NCBI GenBank assembly: GCA_965220385.1
Contig: OZ244825.1
Location: 323,143 to 387,142 of the forward strand
Direction of reading: 5' to 3'
Length of the DNA: 64,000 nt
Source: Candidatus Poribacteria bacterium
GTDB taxonomy: Bacteria; Poribacteria; WGA-4E; PCPOR2b
The notes under the pieces are model-generated. The model was given only the letters and a program-made list of their open reading frames with translations, was not told the DNA's origin and made no database searches. Numbering within the stretch: position 1 is the first letter of the stretch; each line of letters opens with the position of its first letter. A program made the position numbers and the translations under genes. Shown here one piece after another: positions 48,134 through 57,444 of the stretch.

Positions 48134-48871
48134 ATGAATGACAAGGCACTCATTGAACTGGTCACTCATAAAGTGCTTGAACAATTGGAGCAGGTTGCTT
48201 TGAATCCCGATGCAATCGGGAGCGAAGAACCCTGCGGTGGCTGCGCCCTGCGAACCTGTGAGGCTGGAAATCGTGCCTGTGACGTTGTCGTTCAACAGCA
48301 GAAAATTCCCGTTGGTGTCTCAGCACGACATGCACACGTAACCCAAGAACACTTGGAGATTCTGTACGGCGAAGGACATCAATTGACTGTCCACGCCCCC
48401 CTATACCAGCCCGAAGCATTCGCGGCGAAGGAGACATTAACCGTTGTTGGGCGACGGATGCAAGCAATCGAAGGGCTCCGGATTCTCGGTCCCGTCAGAG
48501 ATTATTCTCAAGTCGAGCTTGCCCAGACCGATGCCATTCGCTTGGGACTGAATCCACCCATTCGCGATTCGGGAGATCTCGCCGGTTCAGAGTCGATTGT
48601 ATTGGTCGGTCCCAAAGGATCTGTTCACCTACAAGAAGGTGCAATCTGTGCGACGCGGCATATTCACATGACCCCTCAAGATGCGGAAAACTGGAGGATA
48701 CGTGAAGGGGATCTGTTAACAGTGCGTATTCCCGGCGAGCGAGCACTGACCTTTGAAAACATCCATCCGAAAATATCATCAAGTTATGTGCCGCAGATGC
48801 ACCTTGACACGGATGACGCTAACGCTGCCGGTTTACAGGGAGGAGAAGGCGTCGAGCTGCTGAGAGGTTAG
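48134..48871 (+). CDS. pduL: PduL-type phosphotransacylase (phosphate propanoyl/acetyltransferase) with an N-terminal encapsulation-peptide-like amphipathic helix
   Basis: Two PduL repeats with IPVGVSARHAHVT and ICATRHIHMTPQDA motifs. C-terminal MHLDTDDANAAGL. Residues 4-20 (ALIELVTHKVLEQLEQV) form an amphipathic helix, then a Gly/Pro-rich linker. Confidence 0.85.
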   Translation: MNDKALIELVTHKVLEQLEQVALNPDAIGSEEPCGGCALRTCEAGNRACDVVVQQQKIPVGVSARHAHVTQEHLEILYGEGHQLTVHAPLYQPEAFAAKETLTVVGRRMQAIEGLRILGPVRDYSQVELAQTDAIRLGLNPPIRDSGDLAGSESIVLVGPKGSVHLQEGAICATRHIHMTPQDAENWRIREGDLLTVRIPGERALTFENIHPKISSSYVPQMHLDTDDANAAGLQGGEGVELLRG

Positions 48872-48881
48872 GGGTATCTAA

Positions 48882-49643
48882 GTGAGGTTCAGTCCAGAAA
48901 TCATTCGGCGGATTGAAGCAGAAGTTGCGAAAGTGCTTGAACAACAAGGAACCACCTTGACTGCTCCCCAATCCGATAAACGGGTTCTGGCGATATTCGA
49001 TGCCGCTCAAATTGATCTCACGGTTCCGCTGGCACAACTCGATAAATGCATCCAAGGTGGTTATGCTGTTACAGCGATTGTGTCAGATATAGCGGCTAAG
49101 CTCTTGGACATCTCCCGTATCCGGTCCGCGTGCGGCAATGAACAAGTTTTCATAGCGAGTGAAATTACGAACCTTCAACCCTTTACAGAAGGGTTCTCCG
49201 CAATCGTTGTTCCCACGCTATCTTATGCGATAGCAGCGAAGTTAAGTTTGGGCTTGGCAGATACGCCGTGCGCTTATCTTGTGTTCCAAGCGTTGGTTCG
49301 CGGAAATAGGGTGCTCGCAACAGTTGATGGCTTTGGGGGCTCAGACCAATCTGAAATCCCATCCGAGATCTCAAAGTTGGGGCAAGATTACATCGCAACG
49401 TTGTCGGACTTCGGTGTTCAATTTGTTGCCATGGATCGACTTGCTGAAGCGATTTTAAGCGACGGTATACATCGTTTTAATCAGGCTAACCCAAGGGGTG
49501 GGCGAAACATTATCACCGCTTCGGTAATCGCCGAACTTCCACCAGATGCGCGCGAATTTCGTTACGCGAATCCGGCGATTATCACGCCGCTTGCACGAGA
49601 TTTGGCAGCTCGAAAGGGAATTCGGCTCGTGGCGATGGACTAA
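48882..49643 (+). CDS. Hypothetical protein co-transcribed with BMC-H/PduL (GTG start inferred from the ORF track)
   Basis: 253 aa ORF directly after pduL. alpha/beta-like composition (VLATVDGFGG, GIRLVAMD). No recognised motif. Confidence 0.4.
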   Translation: MRFSPEIIRRIEAEVAKVLEQQGTTLTAPQSDKRVLAIFDAAQIDLTVPLAQLDKCIQGGYAVTAIVSDIAAKLLDISRIRSACGNEQVFIASEITNLQPFTEGFSAIVVPTLSYAIAAKLSLGLADTPCAYLVFQALVRGNRVLATVDGFGGSDQSEIPSEISKLGQDYIATLSDFGVQFVAMDRLAEAILSDGIHRFNQANPRGGRNIITASVIAELPPDAREFRYANPAIITPLARDLAARKGIRLVAMD

Positions 49644-49917
49644 AAAATCAATATCTGGTATCGCTTTTACCACAGCTGCGTATCGCTATTGCTACGGTTT
49701 TCGCTCTACAGATGCCGTGTCCTTTGCTATTATAGACAACTCAGCGGTTAAATCAACGATGGCATCTAACTTGCTACTGATACACATTACGAAATCTATT
49801 GGTGGATAACGTCAAGTTCGCTCATGTCGGCTGATTGGCATGAGCGAACTCCTTAGTATCATGTGATCGAGTCAAGAAAATCCGCTTTGTTAAATGCACC
49901 CAAAAGGAGGGGTTGCA

Positions 49918-51573
49918 ATGAAATTCCAGGTTCCGTTCTCCATATGCCTACTGCTGACAATTCTGCTACTGATGCTCACGCCCCATACTGTTCCAGCACA
50001 GTATGATTACGACTACTTCTCAGATCGACTCAGTCGCGAACACCGGGACGCAGGCGATGTTGAGGACTGGATCGAGCGCGGCAATGCGACCGTCACCGCC
50101 AGCCCTCGTTTTGAAAGTGGGGTCCGCCTGGCAGCGTGGGCAAGTGACTCTAAGAACGCGGAGAGCTACGAATTTGCAATAGCCAGTGCAATCTATCTCT
50201 TCGAAATTCCGCGACGGGCTCAGTACGTTGAGATTTTGGTGCGCTACCGAGGCGAACCACACCAAGCTGATTTTGATCACGAGGACATCGCAGGGCGTGT
50301 TTGGATTCGTAATACCAAACGTGAATATTCTCGCAGGCAGTATGATAATAACGACGAAGAAGAAACCCTGTACGGCGATACCTTCTTTTTGCGTGCAAAA
50401 CGTCGCTCAGAGACCATAAAAGTGGCGACAGCAGGACGTGTCGAGAATGGCATCCTTGAAATGCACATTGTTGCCGAAAATGGTGAGCAGCTTGATATCG
50501 AATATGTTGATGTTGCAACCTATCAAAGACAGCCGGATGTTCGTGTTATACACCGCTATGCTCGGGATTACCACTGGAAGCCTTGGAATCGATATACCTA
50601 TCTCTATTTTTATGATGGTCCCTTCTACTACTGTACAGACTTAGGTTACTATATTCGATGGAGCTATCCAGTTTATGACCATCACTACGTCACGATTCGT
50701 CGTACCTATGGCACCTATCTCCACGACTACTATCGTCGTTACCCGCGTCGGTACCACCGAAATTCCTACTATCACGCAGGTGTCCATGTTGTTCATAAAT
50801 CTCCTAAGACGCAACGGTTGAATCGCTGGACGAATGCGCATGAAACTACCCGCCGCGAATATTCGCGGAGCCGATTGTCGGTGACTACATCCAAAACGAA
50901 CAGAGCTAATGTGCGTACCCGGGTGCGCTCCCTTATCACAGAACACCGTCAGACACCGGTTCGTACAGATAGAGTTATCCAGCAGTCGGCGGTTTCTCGA
51001 AAACGAGGCCTTCGTGACACAAGACGTGAACCAAACACAGCCATAGAGCAGCAGCGCAATAACCAGCGATCTTCGCGTGATGTATCCTCGCGACCTTACC
51101 GTGCAACCCAGCAGATCCAAAAACGTAAACGCTTAAGTACTGTCGAGAGGGACCCCCGTTCTAATGTACAATCTCGTAATGTCCCGCCTCAAACCCGCCA
51201 GTATGATCGCTATCGGTTTGCGCCAAAGAATCAGCGTTCATCGGACAATGACAATGAGGTGTCGACCCGGTCAAACGCAGAACGACGAACGCGCCTTTAT
51301 AACCGAACCCAGTCTTCGAGAAGTAGACTGAGTACACCACCTTCACGCAGCCGATCCTCAACCGTCAAACAGAAGACAGAAACACGCAGCCGGGTTAAGC
51401 AATCCAGGTCTCGTTCATCTACGTCTCGTTCATCTACCGCGACTACTCCACGTACGCAAAGACCGACAACTAAGCAAACGACGTCGAGTTCAAGCAGCAA
51501 AGATGATGATGATGAAAAACGGGAACGTAGTCGCACTACCACAAGAACCCAAACACGTAGTCGAAGAAAATAG
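49918..51573 (+). CDS. Secreted protein with a Tyr/Arg-rich core and a ~250 aa Arg/Ser/Thr-rich low-complexity basic tail. Start refined to MKFQVPF.
   Basis: Strong RBS AAAAGGAGGGG before the ATG at 49918. Signal peptide MKFQVPFSICLLLTILLLMLTPHTVPAQ. Residues ~330-550 are >50% R/S/T/Q/K, ending in poly-Ser and DDDDEK. Rho-independent terminator downstream. Confidence 0.6.
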   Translation: MKFQVPFSICLLLTILLLMLTPHTVPAQYDYDYFSDRLSREHRDAGDVEDWIERGNATVTASPRFESGVRLAAWASDSKNAESYEFAIASAIYLFEIPRRAQYVEILVRYRGEPHQADFDHEDIAGRVWIRNTKREYSRRQYDNNDEEETLYGDTFFLRAKRRSETIKVATAGRVENGILEMHIVAENGEQLDIEYVDVATYQRQPDVRVIHRYARDYHWKPWNRYTYLYFYDGPFYYCTDLGYYIRWSYPVYDHHYVTIRRTYGTYLHDYYRRYPRRYHRNSYYHAGVHVVHKSPKTQRLNRWTNAHETTRREYSRSRLSVTTSKTNRANVRTRVRSLITEHRQTPVRTDRVIQQSAVSRKRGLRDTRREPNTAIEQQRNNQRSSRDVSSRPYRATQQIQKRKRLSTVERDPRSNVQSRNVPPQTRQYDRYRFAPKNQRSSDNDNEVSTRSNAERRTRLYNRTQSSRSRLSTPPSRSRSSTVKQKTETRSRVKQSRSRSSTSRSSTATTPRTQRPTTKQTTSSSSSKDDDDEKRERSRTTTRTQTRSRRK

Positions 51574-51592
51574 TGCTAACCTGCAACAAAAA

Positions 51593-51636
51593 TAAACAGT
51601 TAGGGAGGAGTGCGTTCCTTAACTGTTTTTTTTGTT
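51593..51636 (+). terminator. Rho-independent terminator after the RS-rich secreted protein gene
   Basis: AACAGTTAGGGAGG...CCTTAACTGTT stem followed by TTTTTTTT. Confidence 0.7.
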
Positions 51637-51644
51637 GACAAGAC

Positions 51645-52241
51645 TTGCGCGTTTTGCTATCATACGCCTTGGAAAAGAGGTGTAGGAATTTGACCGGATC
51701 TCTAGTGAAGTTATTGGGGTTTGCGCTGGTCGCCCTCGCTCTATTTTTATTTTCGCGAGGACAACTCAGTGCTGCGCAGCCAGATGAGAATCTGCGCCTT
51801 GTGTCGCCAGTAGGTGCCATAGCCCGTTCTGCAGTTGTGCCCGGTTGGGGGCAGTTTCACGCCCGTAACCGTTTGCTGGGTGCTACATCCTTCGTAGGAA
51901 CAAGCGGATTCCTTGTTGGTGCGTTGATTACTCACCAATCCTTCCGAGATGTCTACGACAATCAGTATGTGCCCGTTGCTTCACAAGACCCTAACTCTCC
52001 GGAAGCGCTTTTTCAATACAATCGAGCGAATCAACGCTACAAGTTGCGACAGTTCTTTCTCTTCGCTGCAGCGGGGGTATGGGCCTATAGCTTGATTGAT
52101 TCCTATGTTGGAGCAAATCTGTACAATGCAGAGGCAAAGGCGAACCAAATTATTGATGAGATGAAGCAGATTGAAGAGTTGAACTTACAGCTTGACGTAA
52201 CTCCAACACAACTTCAACTGGATATCGTCAAATTCTTTTGA
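51645..52241 (+). CDS. Membrane protein with a PGWGQ motif (DUF5683-like); start uncertain
   Basis: Hydrophobic segment LLGFALVALALFLF. VVPGWGQFHARN motif. Second TM segment TSFVGTSGFLVGALI. Confidence 0.4.
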   Translation: MRVLLSYALEKRCRNLTGSLVKLLGFALVALALFLFSRGQLSAAQPDENLRLVSPVGAIARSAVVPGWGQFHARNRLLGATSFVGTSGFLVGALITHQSFRDVYDNQYVPVASQDPNSPEALFQYNRANQRYKLRQFFLFAAAGVWAYSLIDSYVGANLYNAEAKANQIIDEMKQIEELNLQLDVTPTQLQLDIVKFF

Positions 52242-52284
52242 AAGTCTAGCAAACACAGCAATTCCTTATGGAGGAAGTTCAGCC

Positions 52285-52866
52285 ATGCTAAAAGTATTTA
52301 CCAAAATTACTGGGCTATTGCTCGTTTTTAGTTTGCTTATAAGTTGTGGGGATGTAAGTAGTGTTACCAAAGTTCAGTCAAAGGAACTTGTCCTAATTAA
52401 CCAAGTTCTGAAAAACTGGCGTGAAGGATATCAGAGCGAAGACCTTGATAGGTATATGAGTGCGTTTTGGGAAGATGGGTTTCTTTACGTTTCAGATATG
52501 GGAACTGATGCTGATAAGACGGATGACGTTATATTTGACGATATCCGGGACGAAAGGGATTCAGCGCAGCGCGTTTTTGCCAGATTCCAGGATATTGAGA
52601 TCGAGTTGTCCGAACCGCCCGAGATACAACTGAATGCAGACAGGACACGAGCGGAAGTCAGAAATCATTATCGGATCCAAGGGTTTGTCGCGGACGGCGA
52701 TTCACTCGAAGGGGGATTTACCGGCTGGTTCGCAGAAGGGAATAATATCTTTACCTTTGAATTGAGAACCAATACGGGTTCCGATACACAAGAGTGGCGT
52801 ATCACTGAATGGAGGGATGAAGCGTATAGCGAAGAGCAGATTAGAGCCGCTAACAACTTGCAGTAA
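52285..52866 (+). CDS. Lipoprotein, NTF2-like/DUF4440-like fold
   Basis: Signal plus lipobox LLISCGD. NWREGYQSEDLDRYMSAFWEDGFLY resembles SnoaL/DUF4440-like proteins. Confidence 0.45.
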   Translation: MLKVFTKITGLLLVFSLLISCGDVSSVTKVQSKELVLINQVLKNWREGYQSEDLDRYMSAFWEDGFLYVSDMGTDADKTDDVIFDDIRDERDSAQRVFARFQDIEIELSEPPEIQLNADRTRAEVRNHYRIQGFVADGDSLEGGFTGWFAEGNNIFTFELRTNTGSDTQEWRITEWRDEAYSEEQIRAANNLQ

Positions 52867-53333
52867 TCTCTCAATGCGGTCAAACAACCTCTCTTCTTGA
52901 TGATCCTTTTTCACCATTTGATGCAGATTTTATTCTCGAAATGGGGACCACGGTCTCATTGACTCGCGCCACAGGCTTTTCGGCACGACCTTTTAACGGC
53001 CTGAGCCTTTACCAAATCTTGGGCTCTGCAATTTTACAGTTGTCGACATTGACGTGGCTGCAACCGTAGTACTGATCCAACCGGTATTTAACCTGCCTCT
53101 ATTTTTCACCAGCCTTTTTCGATGTTTTTTTGTCCGGCAATGTTAGTCATAACCAAAAGTAACAGCGATCAACACTTCTGCTCAAAATCTCGGAATGACT
53201 GATCTTCTAACTGAACTCTCGCTGCACTTCGTAAAACACTTTCTAAGACTGGGGAAAAGTCGCTTCCGTGTGACGGATTCGACCCATTTTTGCGCTAACT
53301 CTGGTACATCACAATTATTTTAAGAAAAAAGTC

Positions 53334-53362
53334 TTGACAGAAAATTGCAGAAGTGTTATCTT
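53334..53362 (+). promoter_or_regulatory. Candidate sigma70 promoter (TTGACA-17 nt-TATCTT) driving a ~530 nt leader ahead of the large lipoprotein/OMP gene
   Basis: TTGACA at 53334-53339. 17-nt spacer. TATCTT at 53357-53362. No sizeable ORF between it and 53893. Confidence 0.35.
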
Positions 53363-53892
53363 AGAGATTACTTTTTTTCAGAAGCAGAACTTCATTGAGA
53401 AAAAAAGTATCAACTGAATGGCGGCAGCAACACAGATGGGAAACGTGAATACCGTCCAAGTCAAGCATGTGGATCATCCCGCTTACCGAATGAGCAATGG
53501 CTTAATCTGAATCAGTACTTAATTGAATGTTAGTTGTTACATGCCAACTGCTTTCAGATGCTTGTATCCCCCGAAATTGGGCTACAAGCCTTAACCTGAT
53601 GCCGCTGGAACCTAACGCCAGCAGAGAAAACGTAAAGACCGGTTTTGCACCGAATCTGGGTAATTAAATAGTTGCGTATTGCTAATGAATCCTTGCAAAA
53701 GGAGGTTGCGATATGTTCCACCACTGACGCAAGTTAAAATAGGAGATGGATTGGTAGACGGTCACAAACTCCGAAGCCGTGATTGATTCGACTCTCCTAT
53801 TTCGACTTGATGCACGGATGAACGTTATTATGGACGTTTTATATCCTCACTTTTATGTCAAATGTAATTTATGATTTCCTCAAGGAGGCAAA

Positions 53893-56800
53893 TGAAAGTA
53901 ATGAAGTTTTTCAAACGATCACCTGATTTTCTGTTGATTATGGCGGGGCTGATCGGTTGTTTCGTGCTCTACGGGTGCGGCGCAACAAGCCTTGGTCCAC
54001 AGGAACCGCTCCTACCGACGGTTGAAGGACAAGCTAACTTCTCCGACCGGTTCCAATTGGAAGAAGAACCCCAGTTCTTCTATGACCTGTTTGGTAGGGA
54101 ACTTCTCGAAGGTAACGAAGTCTACAATTATCGCGAGGAGAAACAATTCGACCAAAACGGAGAACTGATTGTCGGTTGGACCGGTCAGCTTGATAGCGAA
54201 AGATTTTCCGCCCAGTTGGACCGTCAGATTCTAACCGAAGATAATTTCCGTGGCAGATTTACGCAGTTCGTCATTGGGGACGATATGCGTATTAAGCCTC
54301 AAACCTTATTCCCTAACCGATATGTCATCTACAAAACCGAATTTGATGGCTTCCGATGGGACATCTCCTTCTCGCAAGAACGTCACCTCTTCACACTACT
54401 GAACTCTCGTATTTCTAACCCGGTGAAGCTGTCTGACGCGGCGGCAAACCTCGCACCAACACTCGGGCGACGTAACGGTCTGAGCGATGATGTTGGGCTA
54501 CGCCATATTGAGAACGCACGTTTAATCGGATTTCGTGCACAAGGGTTGCTCGGTGACGTGTTCCGTGTAGGTCTCACCTATGTCAATCTTCACAAAGAAC
54601 ACCCGGAACGAGTTGAAAACCCAATCTTCGGCGGATCTGTTGCCAATACACCCCCAGAGCGTATCGTTGTTGTCTTCCGTGATGATTCTCCAGAAGATAA
54701 CAATTATGGTGGCTTAGCACATGACCTCGAAAGAGATTTCCAAGCATCGAAGATTCAAGGTGGTGTCGGTGCCGCTGTCAAGGGCATGAAAGTCCACGTT
54801 ACCACGCAAGCGCTTTCCGGCTCCTCGGCTGATGGTCCAGACCGTCCGGCTGGTCCCGAGAGGACGCAGACTATCTCAGTCTTTATCGACGACATCGTCG
54901 CGGTCGAGGGCAGTGCTGACCCGATTGAATCCAGAGACGGACAATGGAAAATTGTCGAAGGGTTCAATAAGATGCAGTACGTCTTGGACCTCACCTCTGA
55001 GGAACTACCCAATGGGCCCATTGATCCACGAACAGTGAAGTCAGTTGAGTTCGAAATGACGGTCGCTGGGGACTATAACATCGTCGTCATCGGATTTAGT
55101 GAGGCAAACAAATCGGACGATCCACTTGCAGCTGAATGGATCAAAACCGAAGACGGTCATATCGAGTCGCCGTATCGTGATGTGCTTCAAGCGCCCGGCA
55201 ACTATGGCCGATCAGATCATTACACCGAGAACAGAAGCAGCTTGCTGCATAACCCAAGCGACTGGGAAAATGAAGGCGCATCGCGTACGATTCGATATCG
55301 CTACGGTGCGGCGCGGGCTGGTGTGCTGTATGGTGTTGACCTGGAAGGAACCCTGTTTAATACCTTTATCCGAGCACACTACTCGATTAATGGAAAATTT
55401 AAACAGTATCCAACCATTCCCAGAGACCAAATCGGCTTCAGTCGACTGAATCCTGAAATCGAAGGTTCGAACGTCACTATCGACGAAACAGAGACGACAG
55501 AGGACGGATTGCCGAACCCCACCTTTGGAGTTCCGCTTGATGCCAACGGCATCCCCACATACTCTGAAACGGAAGGGGAACGGTTTGAAGCCAAGTTGAA
55601 TGGTGATCCGAATGATGACGGAGAGATGGGACGCGAAACTGCGTGGTTTGTCAACCTGAGACAACGTTACGGCAAACTCTTCCTTGAAGGAACCCTCTAC
55701 CATATCGATCCGGGTTATACCACTACATACTATAACTTCGGTGCAAACGACGCAAGAGATGCAACCTACTCTCTTGACCGAACACCTGAATCCGGTGCTG
55801 AAGTGCTTCCCTTCGATGAGATTAACTACGCACTCATTGAAGATGATGATGATGACGACGACTGGCCAGACAGCATCGACTTTGACGGCGTTCTGCCGCA
55901 AGCCGATGACCGTGACCAAAACGGTATCCTCGACTTCCAAGAAGACTTCCTCATCTTTGAGGCGGATCCTCCGGTTTTTGAAGATCTCGTTGACCTCAAC
56001 AACAACGGCGTTGTCGACTCATTGGAAGATGACTTCGAGCCACAGTATGAATACGGTATTAACCGTGAAGGATATCATATCACTGCCAGCTACGACCTAC
56101 TCGATAACATGACCCTCAAACTGGGTTGGTTAAAAGAGGGTGAAGTCTCCAGTCAGCGGCAGAATAATTCAAAATATGCGCATCTCACCTTCCAACGTGA
56201 CGTGCCAGATTTCGGAACGGTTCTATTCCAGAATCGGTTTGTCCGTGTTGACGATGATATTCCAGATTATTCGATTACCCTGCGGCCAGGCGAGTTAGAT
56301 GCCACACAGGAATCTGATTTTCTCGATTTCTTCAAAACACGCGTCAATGTGACAAGTCTTCAGTTCCTCTACAGTGCAATTCCAAACCTAACGCTTGAAA
56401 CCAAGTTCTTGGTCGACTGGCGGAAACAGTTGGGACTTGATGAAGAGGATGCTATTGCGCTCGATTTCCCACAGGATGATCCGAGCCAAGAGAAGGACGA
56501 TCACGTTGATTTCATGGTGCCCGACGAACAGGTCCGAGCCGACGGCGACCGGAAGTCATACCCCTTCTATCCAGATCACGGGCTTAACCCGCTGGATCCA
56601 GAAGACCTCGGTTTGATCTATGATCCAGAAAACTGGATTCCACGTCGGTTCCAAGAAAAGACCGTCCGAAATCAGATCACAATTCTCAGAGCCAAATATG
56701 AAATCCCGTTGGGTGACCTGCCCGGCGTGGACAGAATTGGGGAAGACTTAACGTTGACGCCAATGGCAAAATATATTTGGACTCGCGCATTTGATCATAC

Positions 56801-57227
56801 GGCGGCTAATATCGAAGAGGGTAGCTATCTCAATCCGTTGGATCCAACAAAATTTGTGCCTGACGATCCAGAGGTTATTGAGTATCTCCGATTTAACAAA
56901 CGTAGCCGTGAAGATGTCCTCGGTGTGCGTTTGGATTATCAGTTTACTCAGAGAATGAATATCCTCGGCGGTTTTCAGTATCGCAAATTCACCAACCGTG
57001 ATCAAACTATCAAAGACTATCTAGCGACTCCAGCGTTTGAGGAAGCCGATATTCCAATCCTCTTCCGTCCAGACCTCCGTACGCGGATCTTTGAAGTTCA
57101 GTCAATCAGCCGAGGTGAATGGCAAGGTTTCAATATCGTCATTCTCGCCGGTTTCAGAAGAACTACCATCTTGCTTGACCACACGACAAGTAACACGACC
57201 TTCGTCCGAGCGATGATGGGCTTCTAA
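53893..57227 (+). CDS. Large (about 1110 aa) lipoprotein or outer-membrane protein with acidic Ca-binding-like Dx[DN]xDG motifs and a C-terminal Phe
   Basis: AAGGAGG RBS before the ATG at 53893. Signal with lipobox VLYGCG. Poly-Asp run EDDDDDDDWPD. TSP3-like motifs DRDQNGILD and DLNNNGVVD. C-terminal ...TFVRAMMGF-COOH resembles an OMP beta-barrel terminal signature. Confidence 0.6.
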
Positions 57228-57237
57228 CAATCTCCGA

Positions 57238-57277
57238 AAGTGCCAAGCATGTCTGTTCTGCTTGGCACTTTTTCGGT
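57238..57277 (+). terminator. Rho-independent terminator after the large lipoprotein/OMP gene
   Basis: AAGTGCCAAGCA-tgtctgttc-TGCTTGGCACTT stem followed by TTTT. Confidence 0.7.
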
Positions 57278-57444
57278 TCTACCGAAACTTTCAAAAAACA
57301 GAAGTGTTTATAAAACCAAGCATTCGTTTGGATAAAAGTTTAGTCGTCCGAAACGAGGTGGTTGAGGCGACTTGAAATTGAGGGAAATATCGTTTTGCAC
57401 CCTCTAAATTTTATTACACCTTCAAACTCCAATAGGAGGAATAC

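Noticed and set aside
48882-49643. Assigning the 253 aa BMC-locus ORF to a known family (flavoprotein, DUF1537 sugar-kinase N-domain, reactivase beta subunit)
   Set aside because: Only vague compositional resemblance and no diagnostic motif. Left as hypothetical.
52867-53892. Possibility that the 1 kb gap holds RNase P RNA, tmRNA, SRP RNA or a tRNA
   Set aside because: None of the conserved cores was found (RNase P GGAAAGTCCGGGCT / AGGGTGAAA, tmRNA 5' GGGG...3' CCA with an ALAA tag ORF, SRP GGUGCUGUUUACC). No cloverleaf-compatible segment either. Kept only as an unknown leader/sRNA candidate.
57245-57280. TGGCAC sequence that looked like a sigma54 -24 element downstream of the large lipoprotein gene
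   Set aside because: It is the 3' arm of a perfect hairpin (AAGTGCCAAGCA/TGCTTGGCACTT) followed by a T-run, that is a rho-independent terminator. No TTGC -12 element sits at the right spacing.
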